Part shown: piece by piece, positions 15,953 through 25,207 of the stretch
How the letters are laid out: the number at the start of each line of letters is the position of its first letter
Numbering within the stretch: position 1 is the stretch's first letter
From: Vicinamibacterales bacterium
Lineage (GTDB): Bacteria > Acidobacteriota > Vicinamibacteria > Vicinamibacterales > Fen-181
NCBI GenBank assembly: GCA_036504215.1
Contig: DASXVO010000021.1
Location: forward strand, 80,428-144,427
Reading direction: 5' to 3'
Length of the DNA stretch: 64,000 nucleotides
Notes under the pieces: model-generated
What the model was told of the DNA's origin: nothing
Seen by the model: the letters and a program-made list of their open reading frames with translations, nothing else
Databases searched by the model: none
Position numbers and translations under genes: made by a program

Positions 15953-16645
15953 GTGTCGAATGACATCCTGGTTCGCGCAACCGACCTGCACAAGGAATTC
16001 CGACGCGGGGGTGAACGGATCGACGTCCTGCAGGGCGTCAACCTGGAGATCCCGTCCGGTGATTTCCTGGCGCTGATGGGACCGTCCGGTTCGGGCAAGA
16101 CAACCCTGCTCAACCTGCTCGGCGGCCTCGACACGCCGACGCGCGGGACGATCGCGATCGGCGGCCAGCGCATCGACTCGATGTCGTCCGGCCAGCTCGC
16201 GCGATGGCGCGCGACCAATGTCGGCTTCGTGTTCCAGCTCTACAACCTGCTGCCGATGCTGACCGCGGAGCGCAACGTCGAACTGCCGCTGCTCCTGACG
16301 CGCCTGTCGAGGAAGGAGCGAAAGCTCCACGTGGACACGGCGCTCCGCGCGGTGGATCTGTCGGCGCGCGCCAAGCACTATCCCCGTCAGCTCTCGGGCG
16401 GCCAGGAGCAGCGTGTCGGCATCGCCCGCGCCATCGTCATCGACCCGACGCTGCTGCTCTGCGACGAGCCGACCGGCGACCTCGACCGCAAGGCCGGCGA
16501 TGAAGTTCTCGACCTGTTGCAGGGACTCAACCGGGAGAACGGCAAGACGATCATCATGGTGACGCACGACCCGCATGCGGCGGCGCGCGCCAAGCGCGTG
16601 CTGCACCTCGACAAGGGCGTGCTCACGACGGAGTCGGCCGCATGA
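15953..16645 (+). CDS. ABC transporter ATP-binding protein (MacB/LolD-type)
   Basis: Walker A GPSGSGKTT, signature LSGGQEQRV, Walker B LLLCDEPTGDLD and an H-loop VTHD. GTG start with GGAG 7 nt upstream. Confidence 0.92.
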   Translation: MSNDILVRATDLHKEFRRGGERIDVLQGVNLEIPSGDFLALMGPSGSGKTTLLNLLGGLDTPTRGTIAIGGQRIDSMSSGQLARWRATNVGFVFQLYNLLPMLTAERNVELPLLLTRLSRKERKLHVDTALRAVDLSARAKHYPRQLSGGQEQRVGIARAIVIDPTLLLCDEPTGDLDRKAGDEVLDLLQGLNRENGKTIIMVTHDPHAAARAKRVLHLDKGVLTTESAA

Positions 16646-17793
16646 AGTACCTGCCACTCCTTTTCCGAAGCCTGTTCCGTCGCAAGGTGCGGACGATCTT
16701 CACGCTCCTGGCGGTGTTGGTGGCGTTCACCCTCTTCGGCTTCCTGTCGGCCATCGAAGCGGCCTTCGGGATGGGCGTGGAGTTGGCGGGCAGCGAGCGC
16801 CTCGTGATGACGCACAAGGTGTCGATCATCCAGTTGCTGCCGGAGAGCTACCTGGAACGCATCCGGGCGACGCCGGGCGTCGTCGACGCCTGCCACCAGA
16901 CCTGGTTCGGCGGGGTCTACCAGGATCCGAAGAACTTCTTCATGCAGGTGCCGGTGGACCCGGAGTGCATGTTGCGGATGTATCCTGAATTCACGCTGCC
17001 CGAGGATCAGCAGAAGGCCTGGTTCGCCGATCGGCAGGGCGCGATCGTCGGGCGGGACACGGCGAAGCGGTTCGGCTGGAAGATCGGCGACCGGATTCCG
17101 ATCCAGGCGACGATCTGGCGGAAGAAGGACAATTCGTCCAACTGGCAGTTCAACCTCGACGGCATCTACGACGGCGCCGAACAGGGCACCGATCGGACCC
17201 AGTTCTTTTTCCACTACAAGTATTTCGACGAGTCGCGCCTCTTCGGGCAGGGCAATGTCGGCTGGTACGTCGTCCGCATCGGCACTGCGTCGAAGGCGGC
17301 CGCGATCTCCCGGCAGCTCGACGATCTGTTCGCCAATTCTCCGGCTGAAACCAAGACGACCACCGAGAAGGGGTTCCTGCAGGCCTTCGCCAACCAGGTC
17401 GGCAACATCGCGCTGATCGTTCGGAGCATCATCGCGATGGCGTTCTTCATCATCCTGCTCGTCACGGCGAACACGATGATGGAGTCGGTCCGCGAGCGGA
17501 CCAGCGAACTGGCGGTGCTCAAGACGCTCGGATTCACCGATGGGCGCGTCCTCGCGCTGGTGCTCGTCGAATCGTGCCTGATCGCCGGGGTCGGCGGTCT
17601 CCTGGGCCTGGGCCTCGCGGCGCTCCTCGTGCCGGGCATCCCGACGAGCGCCATGCTGCCGAACTTGTTCATTCCGACCAGGTCGTTCGGCATCGGCGTG
17701 GTGTTCGTCCTCGCCCTGGGTGTCATTGCAGGCATCCTCCCGGCAGTCCGCGCGATGCGCCTGCGCATCGTCGATGCGTTACGGAGGGTGTGA
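16642..17793 (+). CDS. ABC transporter permease (FtsX/MacB-type), first copy
   Basis: ATGA overlap with the ATPase stop. One N-terminal TM, a large periplasmic domain, and a C-terminal FtsX-like 3-TM bundle (ELAVLKTLGFTDGRV). Confidence 0.9.
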   Translation: MKYLPLLFRSLFRRKVRTIFTLLAVLVAFTLFGFLSAIEAAFGMGVELAGSERLVMTHKVSIIQLLPESYLERIRATPGVVDACHQTWFGGVYQDPKNFFMQVPVDPECMLRMYPEFTLPEDQQKAWFADRQGAIVGRDTAKRFGWKIGDRIPIQATIWRKKDNSSNWQFNLDGIYDGAEQGTDRTQFFFHYKYFDESRLFGQGNVGWYVVRIGTASKAAAISRQLDDLFANSPAETKTTTEKGFLQAFANQVGNIALIVRSIIAMAFFIILLVTANTMMESVRERTSELAVLKTLGFTDGRVLALVLVESCLIAGVGGLLGLGLAALLVPGIPTSAMLPNLFIPTRSFGIGVVFVLALGVIAGILPAVRAMRLRIVDALRRV

Positions 17794-17798
17794 CCGCC

Positions 17799-18995
17799 AT
17801 GTGGATCTTCTCAGGACTGTTCCAGGCTGCCGTCGTCACGGCCCTCAATCTGCGGACGATTCCCAGGCGGCTGAGTTCGTCGGCCGTCGCCGTGATCGGC
17901 ATGGCTGGCGTCGTCACGGTGCTCGTGTCGGTGTTGTCGATCGCGGAAGGGCTCAGAACGACAATGGCCAACACCGGATCGCCGGACACGGCCATCGTCA
18001 TGCGCGCCGGCTCGGATGCCGAGATGACGAGCATCATGTTGCGTGACGATCTGGTTGCCGTGAAGGACGCGCCGGAGATTGCGCGTACGGCCGCCGAGGG
18101 GCCACTCGCCTCGGCGGAACTCTTCGCGGTCGTGGACCTGATCAAGACCAGCACGGGAACCACGGCCAATGCGCCGCTGCGGGGCGTCGAACCGGCGGCG
18201 TTCAAGATTCGCAACTTCAAGATGCTGAAGGGGCGCCGCTTCGAGCCGGGACGCAACGAAGTGATCGTCGGGAAGGCGGCGGCCGAGGAGTTTCGCAGCC
18301 TCGACGTCGGATCGCAGCTCAAGCTCGGTCCGAACGTGTGGATGATCGTCGGCACCTTCGACGCGGGCGGGACGGTGCCCGATTCCGAGTTGTGGTGCGA
18401 TGCAGGCGTGTTGGCGCCGCTCTACCGGCGGGGCAACAGCCGGCAGGCCGTGTACGTGCGCCTGCAGTCGCCGGAGGCGTTCACCCCGTTCAAGGACCGG
18501 CTGACGACCGACCCGCGGGTGAAGCTGAAGGTCATGCGCGAGCAGGAGTACTACGCCGGCCAGTCGGAGATGCTGTCGAAGACGATCGTACTCATCGGCA
18601 GCATCATCGGCCTGCTCATGGGCATGGGCGCGCTGTTCGTGGCCGTGATCACGATGCATTCGGCCGTCGCCAGCCGCACGCGCGAGATCGCGACGCTGCG
18701 CGCGCTCGGGTTCCGCGGCGGACCCGTGGTGATTTCGATCCTGGTCGAATCGATGATGCTGGCGCTCGTCGGCGGCGCGCTCGGCGCGATCGTGTCGTAC
18801 GTCGGCTTCAATGGCTACCAGGCCGCGACGATGAACTGGCAGAACATGAGCAGCGTCGCCTTTGCGTTCCGCGTCACGCCCAGGCTGCTCGCCTTCGGCA
18901 TCGGCTGGTCGCTCGTTCTCGGGTTGTTGAGCGGCCTGCTGCCGGCCATCCGCGCGATGCGGATGCCGGTCGTGACCGCGCTGCGCGAGTTGTAG
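17799..18995 (+). CDS. ABC transporter permease (FtsX/MacB-type), second copy
   Basis: Track ORF 17574..18995 trimmed to ATG 17799, 5 nt after the previous stop. Same architecture as the first copy (EIATLRALGFRGGPV). Confidence 0.88.
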   Translation: MWIFSGLFQAAVVTALNLRTIPRRLSSSAVAVIGMAGVVTVLVSVLSIAEGLRTTMANTGSPDTAIVMRAGSDAEMTSIMLRDDLVAVKDAPEIARTAAEGPLASAELFAVVDLIKTSTGTTANAPLRGVEPAAFKIRNFKMLKGRRFEPGRNEVIVGKAAAEEFRSLDVGSQLKLGPNVWMIVGTFDAGGTVPDSELWCDAGVLAPLYRRGNSRQAVYVRLQSPEAFTPFKDRLTTDPRVKLKVMREQEYYAGQSEMLSKTIVLIGSIIGLLMGMGALFVAVITMHSAVASRTREIATLRALGFRGGPVVISILVESMMLALVGGALGAIVSYVGFNGYQAATMNWQNMSSVAFAFRVTPRLLAFGIGWSLVLGLLSGLLPAIRAMRMPVVTALREL

Positions 18996-19018
18996 CGCTC
19001 AACACGGAGGACGCCCGC

Positions 19019-20530
19019 CTATATCGCGGGCCTCCCGACGATCGTCATCGTCCCGCTTTCGCTGACGATGTAGAAGTCCTCGCCCTTGATGGCGATGCCG
19101 GTCGGCTTCGCCAGTCCGGGAATGGCGTACGCGGCGACAACCGAGCGCCGTGCGAGATCGATCGCCACCAGCGTGCTGTATGCCGCGCTCAGCGCGTACA
19201 TCTTCCCGTCTGCGACCGTCGTTCCGGTGACATACAGTTCATCGAGCGTCCGCTTCGGGCCGAGCGTCAGCCCGGAATCGGCAGCGAGCGCCGGCGAGTA
19301 CTCCTCCGACAGCGTCAGATCCCTCCGGTCGAAGCGCGACACCACCAGACGCTTCACCTTGTTGTTCGGAACCGTGACAGTGTAGATCGACCGGCCCGCG
19401 GCGTCGTACGCCGCGCTCATCGTGTACATCATCCGTGCGCGAACCGTGCCGAGGCGCGAACGCGACACCTCGTCGAACTTGTCGAACGACTCCAGGAAGT
19501 AGCGGAAGTTCCGGTCGGCATTCGCCCGATCGTTCTGTCGCAGGATGACGTAGCTCTTGTTCTCGCCCACCGCCATCACGGTCTTGCCGTCGAGAAACGC
19601 CGCACCCGCGAACCTGCCGAGGTCCACCGAGAAACCGACGTCCACGACCGTGTAGCGGCTCACGTGTCCGAGCGAGCCATCGGTCACGTAGAGCCCCTGC
19701 TGAGTGGTGATCAGGAACTGGTCGCTCGCCGCGTCGTACGCGAGGTCCGTCGGTGTGCCCTTCAGCGAGAGCGCCAGCGGCCGCTGCGACTTCACGACCA
19801 GCGTCTGGAGGCCAGCCAGCGGGCCGGCCTTCACGTCGGCATTCACGGCTCCGACGCCCGGCTCGTCGATCGACCATCGCCCGCGCAGCGAGATGGGCGC
19901 GGGCGACCACTCCTCGGCCGACCACACCCAGTGCTTCGGGTCGAACGAGAAGCGGATTGGATCGCTCTGTCCCAGGAAGGGCGGCGGGCCGGTGCTCGCG
20001 AACGCCTGGACGATGTTGCCGGCGATGACCGTCAGGTAGACGATGCCCGCCAGGGCCTCGAGCGGCCGCAACGTCCGGGGCGCCTCGTCGAGGTCCTCCT
20101 TCCGCGTCTGCATCAACAGCACGCTCATCGTGACGACGCAGATCCAGAAGATGAACAGCGCCCAGGTGTAGGTGTGGGCGCCGAGGATCTCGGCGCTGAA
20201 GCCCTGCCCCACGTCCCGCGCGGCGTGCATGGCGGTGTGGCGGATTCCCATGAACACGCCCCAGGCGCCGACCAGCACCGACAGGCCGACGTATTTCAGC
20301 TTCGGGCCGTAACGCAGGACGAACAGGCCGATGAGCGCGATGAGCGCCATCCCGATGCGCTGCTCCCAGCACATGACGCACGGGGAATCGCCGTAGATGA
20401 ACCCGAGCACGAATACCGCCACACCCACCGGGATCGCGGCGAGGCCGAGGACGGCCAGAGCGAGTATCGTGTAGAGAGTGGTGCGCCTCACAGAGACTCC
20501 TTGGTGCTTCGATTTGCCGGACTTGTGCAT
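19019..20530 (-). CDS. DsbB/BdbC-like membrane thiol oxidoreductase domain fused to a Cys-free periplasmic beta-rich domain
   Basis: Track ORF 19019..20701 trimmed to ATG 20530; an alternative GTG at 20491 has GGAG 6 nt upstream. PCVMCWEQRIGMAL matches the first redox motif of DsbB/BdbC. Five predicted TM helices, then about 370 aa without any Cys. Confidence 0.8.
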   Translation of the reverse strand: MHKSGKSKHQGVSVRRTTLYTILALAVLGLAAIPVGVAVFVLGFIYGDSPCVMCWEQRIGMALIALIGLFVLRYGPKLKYVGLSVLVGAWGVFMGIRHTAMHAARDVGQGFSAEILGAHTYTWALFIFWICVVTMSVLLMQTRKEDLDEAPRTLRPLEALAGIVYLTVIAGNIVQAFASTGPPPFLGQSDPIRFSFDPKHWVWSAEEWSPAPISLRGRWSIDEPGVGAVNADVKAGPLAGLQTLVVKSQRPLALSLKGTPTDLAYDAASDQFLITTQQGLYVTDGSLGHVSRYTVVDVGFSVDLGRFAGAAFLDGKTVMAVGENKSYVILRQNDRANADRNFRYFLESFDKFDEVSRSRLGTVRARMMYTMSAAYDAAGRSIYTVTVPNNKVKRLVVSRFDRRDLTLSEEYSPALAADSGLTLGPKRTLDELYVTGTTVADGKMYALSAAYSTLVAIDLARRSVVAAYAIPGLAKPTGIAIKGEDFYIVSESGTMTIVGRPAI

Positions 20531-20538
20531 CGAAGGAC

Positions 20539-20706
20539 TCAGTAGTTCGCGCCGGGCAGCAGCGACGTACGGGTCGCCACCGAGAACAGGAACACCATCA
20601 GCAGCACGCTGACGACGAGCAGTCGGAAGGCGAGGCGTTCCTTCTCCGGCTTGCGCAGCACCAGCCACGCAGTGATGAACATCAAGACGAGATTGAGACA
20701 CTCCAA
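20539..20706 (-). CDS. candidate 55-aa two-TM small membrane protein (not in the ORF track)
   Basis: Hand-translated: TTG 20706 preceded by GAGGAGGA with a 6-nt spacer. Product MECLNLVLMFITAWLVLRKPEKERLAFRLLVVSVLLMVFLFSVATRTSLLPGANY. The stop at 20539-20541 lies 8 nt before the ATG of the DsbB-like gene. Confidence 0.45.
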   Translation of the reverse strand: MECLNLVLMFITAWLVLRKPEKERLAFRLLVVSVLLMVFLFSVATRTSLLPGANY

Positions 20707-20733
20707 GGCGAATCCTCCTCTACAGGACCGATA

Positions 20734-21558
20734 TCATCTGCCGGCAGGCGGCGGTGCGCAAGCGGTGTTTCGCGACAGAAAGTCGAGAACGACTTCGTTG
20801 AAGGCGGCCGCGGCCTCCCACGTGGCCGCGTGGCCGGTGCCGGGGAGGACGTGCAACTCGCTGCCGGCGATCGCCCGGTGGAGAATGCCGGCGTATCGCG
20901 GCCCCTTGAGCAGGTCGGCCTCGCCGACGATCACGCACGTCGGGACATCGATCGCCGGCAGCCTGGCGGTGAAGTCCACACCGTCGAACGCCTCACACAG
21001 TCGCGCCACGGCCGGGAGATCGAGGTCGCGGTACCGCGCCCGAGCCGCGGACAGGACGTGCTGGCTGGCCTCGATGAACGCCGGCGAGAAGTTCCACGGA
21101 GCAGTGACGAGGAAGAAGAGATCGGGGTCGCCAGACAGCGCGGCGGCCCGCCATCCGGCGACGATCAGGCGCAGCTCTGGCCCCACCTCGCTCACCGTGT
21201 CGGCGAGGATCAGCGTCAACACGCGGTCCGGGTGGTCCAGCGCGAACGCCTGCGCCACCTCACCGCCGTACGAGATGCCGAGGATGTGCGCACGATCGAT
21301 TCCGAGCGTGGTGAGCAACGCCGCCAGGTCGTCGGCGTGCAGCGCCATCGAATAGGGTCCGTCCGGGTGGTCCGACTGGCCCTGCCCCCGACAGTCGTAC
21401 TGCAGCACGCGATACCTGGCCGACAACGCGGCGGTCTGGGGCCGCCAACTGGCCGCCGCGTTCATGAGGATGCCGTTGTTGAGCACGACGACCGGCGCGT
21501 CTTCCCTGCCGTGCAGTTCGTGGTAGAGGTGGATCCCGTTGCAGGCGGCGATTGGCAT
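20734..21558 (-). CDS. alpha/beta hydrolase
   Basis: This is the 274-codon 3' part of track ORF 20734..22884, starting at ATG 21558 (MPIAACNGIHLYHELHG). Nucleophile elbow GISYGG and a C-terminal GHAATWE histidine. Confidence 0.85.
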   Translation of the reverse strand: MPIAACNGIHLYHELHGREDAPVVVLNNGILMNAAASWRPQTAALSARYRVLQYDCRGQGQSDHPDGPYSMALHADDLAALLTTLGIDRAHILGISYGGEVAQAFALDHPDRVLTLILADTVSEVGPELRLIVAGWRAAALSGDPDLFFLVTAPWNFSPAFIEASQHVLSAARARYRDLDLPAVARLCEAFDGVDFTARLPAIDVPTCVIVGEADLLKGPRYAGILHRAIAGSELHVLPGTGHAATWEAAAAFNEVVLDFLSRNTACAPPPAGR

Positions 21559-21645
21559 GGCGCCGTCATTGTAGAGGATCGGCGAGCGGGGCTGTGGGCT
21601 TCGCAGTTCGAAGGGGACATACTGTGCACAGCAGGGAGCGCAGCC

Positions 21646-23079
21646 ATGGAAGCGATGACCGCACGGGAGATCGGAACGGCGGGGTCGGCAGCCGGGCTGG
21701 ATGCGGCGTTTCGCGCGCAGCGCGAGGCGTGCTCGCGCGAGCCCATGCCTGACGCCCGCACGCGTCGGGAGTGGCTGCAGCGGCTGGCTGATCTCCTGAG
21801 GCGGAACGAGCGCGCCATCTGCGACGCGATCGACTCCGACTTCGGCCGCCGCCCCGCCCCAGAGACGCGGATTCTCGAGCTGTTTCCGAGCCTGTCCTCG
21901 GTCCGCTATGCGCGGGCCCACGTCCGCCGCTGGATGCGGCCCGAACGGCGCCACGTGTCGATCTGGTTCCAGCCCGGCCGCGCGGAACTTCGCTACCAAC
22001 CGCTCGGCGTCGTCGGCATCATCGTCCCGTGGAACTACCCGCTCTTCCTCGCGGTCGGTCCGCTGGCGGCATCGCTGGCAGCGGGCAACCGTTCGATGAT
22101 CAAGATGAGCGAGTACGGCCCGGCATTGGGTGCGCTCCTCGCGGGACTGATGGCGGACGTGTTTCCGGCGGATCTGGTCACGGTCGTTCTTGGGAACGTG
22201 CAGGTCGCACGCGACTTCGCCGCGCTGCCCTTCGATCACCTGTTGTTCACCGGATCGACCGCCGTCGGCCGAGACGTCATGGCCGCTGCGGCGAAGAACC
22301 TGACGCCGGTCACGCTCGAACTCGGCGGCAAGTCGCCCGCGATCGTCGCGCCCGGATACAACCTGGCCACCGCAGCGCAACGAATCGTCTTCGGCAAGCT
22401 GGTCAACGCGGGCCAGACATGCATCGCGCCGGACTACGTCCTGTTGCCGAAGGGCGAGGAGGACGCGTTTCTGGCCGCGGTGAGGTCGTGCGCGAAGCAG
22501 TTCTACGGCACGGCCGCCTCTCCGGATTACGCTTCGATCGCGCACGACCGCCAGCACACGCGACTGCTGGCCGTGCTCGCCGACGCCGAGGCGAAGGGCG
22601 CCCGCATCGAGCCGATCCTGGAACCCGGCGCGCCGGGACCGAGACGGCTGCCGCCAGTGGCGCTCTTCAACTGCACCGGTGACATGCGCGTCATGCAGGA
22701 GGAGATCTTCGGCCCGCTGCTGCCCATCGTGCCCTACGACAGTCTGGAGCATGCGGTGCAGTACGTGACCGGGCGGGATCGTCCCTTGTCGCTCTATGTC
22801 TTCGATGGGGATCGTGGCCGCGTCGATCGACTGCTCGACGCGACGCACTCGGGCGGCGTCACGGTCAACGATTGTCTGCTGCACATCGGGCAGGACGACC
22901 TGCCGTTTGGGGGCGTGGGACCTTCAGGGATGGGGCGGTATCACGGTCCGGAAGGGTTCAGGACGTTCTCCCACGCGCGGTCGGTCTTCCGTCAGAGCCG
23001 CGTCAACGGCCTGCCCGCACTCTATCCGCCGTATGGGAGACGACTCGGCGAGTGGCTGCTGAAGCTGATGCTGAGGTAG
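21646..23079 (+). CDS. NAD(P)-dependent aldehyde dehydrogenase (coniferyl-aldehyde-DH-like)
   Basis: The 3' part of track ORF 20830..23079, from ATG 21646 (MEAMTARE). PWNYP, the catalytic Glu in ELGGKSP, the catalytic Cys in GQTCIAPDY, and EEIFGP. Confidence 0.9.
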   Translation: MEAMTAREIGTAGSAAGLDAAFRAQREACSREPMPDARTRREWLQRLADLLRRNERAICDAIDSDFGRRPAPETRILELFPSLSSVRYARAHVRRWMRPERRHVSIWFQPGRAELRYQPLGVVGIIVPWNYPLFLAVGPLAASLAAGNRSMIKMSEYGPALGALLAGLMADVFPADLVTVVLGNVQVARDFAALPFDHLLFTGSTAVGRDVMAAAAKNLTPVTLELGGKSPAIVAPGYNLATAAQRIVFGKLVNAGQTCIAPDYVLLPKGEEDAFLAAVRSCAKQFYGTAASPDYASIAHDRQHTRLLAVLADAEAKGARIEPILEPGAPGPRRLPPVALFNCTGDMRVMQEEIFGPLLPIVPYDSLEHAVQYVTGRDRPLSLYVFDGDRGRVDRLLDATHSGGVTVNDCLLHIGQDDLPFGGVGPSGMGRYHGPEGFRTFSHARSVFRQSRVNGLPALYPPYGRRLGEWLLKLMLR

Positions 23080-23086
23080 TGGTCCG

Positions 23087-23284
23087 TCACGCGTACACGC
23101 TGATATGCTGGCCCACGTCCGGCTGACGGCCGGCCTGCGCAATCAGCTCCACGAGCTGGGCTGCCTGCTCGGTCTCCTGTCGGCGGGCCATGCGCATCAC
23201 GGAAATCACGCGCTGGACGTCTCTCGATGACTGCGTGGCGGCCGGCGAGGAGGCGCCGCCGCTCGAAATGCCGGATACACTCAT
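23087..23284 (-). CDS. small YjfB-like (putative motility protein family) ORF
   Basis: 65 codons from ATG 23284 within track ORF 23087..23380. The C-terminal pattern SRDVQRVISVMRMARRQETEQAAQLVELI....DVGQHISVYA resembles the YjfB family. No convincing SD, so the start is uncertain. Confidence 0.4.
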   Translation of the reverse strand: MSVSGISSGGASSPAATQSSRDVQRVISVMRMARRQETEQAAQLVELIAQAGRQPDVGQHISVYA

Positions 23285-23361
23285 ACGGTCAGAATCGGCA
23301 GTGGCGGCGAGAGCTTGAATGGACACTGAGAACCTGCCTGGAGATTGATGGGATCCCGTCG

Positions 23362-25119
23362 ATGAATACAGCGCACTCAATGCTCACGGTACTGGTTGGC
23401 TCCGGGCTCATCATTGCCGGGCTCTGCACGGTGGCAGTGGCCACACCGCAGCAGGCACCCCCTGCACGGCCGCCAATCGTGACGCCCGTGATCTCGGCAC
23501 CCGCTGGTTCTGCCGCGGTCGAGCAGACATCCGCGGGGACACGTCCGGCCGCGGAAATCGTCTCCAGCTTCGAGGGCCTCGGCGTCGGTTTCGAAGGCCC
23601 CGAACCGATGCCGCTCGTGCGCAATCCGTCCGACAACACCCTGGCGGTCGGTCCCGATCACATCGTTCAGATCGTCAACACGCGGATGGCGATCTTCAGC
23701 AAGAAGGGCAAGCGCTTCGACACCACCGGCAAGGTTCTCTACGGCGCGGCGCCGACCAATGCCGTCTTCAAGGGCTTCGGCGGCATGTGCGAGGCGACCA
23801 ACAACGGCGATGCCGTCGTGCGGTACGACCAACTGGCCGATCGGTGGCTCATCGTCATGCCGATCTTCAGGCGCGGGGCGGCGCGACCGGACCAACCGGA
23901 GGAATGGACGGCGTCGTCGGCGGCGTACCTCAGCCCTGTCGGCCGGCCCGGGCAGCCGGGCCCGGCGGTGCGACTCGAGTCAGCCCGATCTGAGCACCGC
24001 GCGTTCGCGCCCTCCCCGGTTGTTGTTCGCCCGTCGGACGCGGCACGGCGCCCGAGCGACGACGCGCCGAAGGGGCCGTACTCGATGTGCTACGCCATGA
24101 GCGCGGGCTCGGACCCGTTCGGTCCCTACTATCGGTACGAGTTCCTGCGTCCGCTGTTCCCGGACTACCCTCGTCCGGCCATCTGGCCCGATGGCTACTA
24201 CGTCCCGACGAGCACTGGTGACAATCCGATCTCCGAGACGATCGCGACGCAGAAGCACGCGTGCGTCGCGGACCGCACCAGCATGCTCGGTGGCCGGCCT
24301 GCAACCGAGCAGTGCATCGTCATCAATGACGTCGGCTTCCTGAACAGTGCGGACGTGGACGGCAGGACGCCGCCTCCGCCAGGTGCGCCGAACATCGTGA
24401 TGGCGGCCGGCGGCGTGCAACTCAGGACGCAGTTCGAGGCCGACGCCATTGGCGTCTGGCAGTTCCACGTCGATTGGGCGCATCCGGCGAACACCCGGCT
24501 GACCGCGGCGAAGGCCATTGGCGTCGCGCCCTATCACTACCTCTGTGACGGCCAGCTCACCCACTGCGTCCCCCAGCCGGGTACCGACTCGCGGCTCGAC
24601 GCCCAGGGCGACAAGATCATGTCCCGGCTCGTCTACCGGCGGATCGACGACGAGGAATCAATTGTCGCTGTGCACTCGGTGAACACAACGGCCGGCGGCG
24701 GCGGCGTGCGATGGTACGAGTTCAGGGTTGGACGGGATCGGGAGGTCAGCCTTCGCCAGCAAGGCACGTACGCGCCCGATGGCCTGTTCCGATGGCTGCC
24801 CAGCCCGGCGATCGATCGGGCGGGGAACATCGCCATCGGCTATTCGTTCGGCGGCCCGCCGCACTTCGCGGGCCAGCGCCTGGCCGCGCGCCTCGCAAGT
24901 GATCCGCGGGGCCTGCTGACGCTGCAAGAAGCCGTGCTGGTGGAAGGCGAGGCCGCGCAGGCGGCAATTCGCTGGGAAGACTACACACAGACCGCTGTCG
25001 ATCCAAGCGACGATTGCACGATTTGGTACGTCGGCGACTATCTCAAGAAGGAGGCAGCCAACTACTCGACGCGGGTTGGCGCCTTCCGCCTTCCGGGCTG
25101 TGCGGGGATCCGTCACTGA
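23362..25119 (+). CDS. secreted protein of unknown function (possibly beta-propeller/sialidase-like fold)
   Basis: Track ORF 23227..25119 trimmed to ATG 23362 (MNTAHSMLTVLVGSGLIIAGLCTVAVA signal peptide). The long ORF has coding-like composition, but I recognised no catalytic motif. Confidence 0.75.
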   Translation: MNTAHSMLTVLVGSGLIIAGLCTVAVATPQQAPPARPPIVTPVISAPAGSAAVEQTSAGTRPAAEIVSSFEGLGVGFEGPEPMPLVRNPSDNTLAVGPDHIVQIVNTRMAIFSKKGKRFDTTGKVLYGAAPTNAVFKGFGGMCEATNNGDAVVRYDQLADRWLIVMPIFRRGAARPDQPEEWTASSAAYLSPVGRPGQPGPAVRLESARSEHRAFAPSPVVVRPSDAARRPSDDAPKGPYSMCYAMSAGSDPFGPYYRYEFLRPLFPDYPRPAIWPDGYYVPTSTGDNPISETIATQKHACVADRTSMLGGRPATEQCIVINDVGFLNSADVDGRTPPPPGAPNIVMAAGGVQLRTQFEADAIGVWQFHVDWAHPANTRLTAAKAIGVAPYHYLCDGQLTHCVPQPGTDSRLDAQGDKIMSRLVYRRIDDEESIVAVHSVNTTAGGGGVRWYEFRVGRDREVSLRQQGTYAPDGLFRWLPSPAIDRAGNIAIGYSFGGPPHFAGQRLAARLASDPRGLLTLQEAVLVEGEAAQAAIRWEDYTQTAVDPSDDCTIWYVGDYLKKEAANYSTRVGAFRLPGCAGIRH

Positions 25120-25207
25120 CGGATGCGCGGAGTCTGGTTGAATCGACGATGACACGCTGAGGCGGGACGGACCCCGGCAGGCGTTGGCGTGGCAGACGGG
25201 AGGAATC

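Noticed and set aside
20526-20542. Exact 17-nt identity TGCATCGAAGGACTCAG between 20526-20542 (DsbB-like start region) and 61653-61669 (M16 5' region).
   Set aside because: For a 64-kb GC-biased window, the expected number of chance 17-mer matches is of order 0.2-0.5. The two copies are in opposite orientation relative to their genes, and the flanks show no further similarity. It is probably coincidence.
20734-22884. 716-aa minus-strand ORF. Analogous over-extended ORFs occur at 30046..33036, 31707..33515, 45928..47460, 13159..14598, 20830..23079, 49475..51688 and 52747..54354.
   Set aside because: Only the 3' portions carry family motifs and begin at internal ATGs with an SD or stop/start coupling. 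The 5' extensions overlap neighbouring real genes and translate to Arg/Pro/Gly-rich nonsense, so the calls were trimmed.
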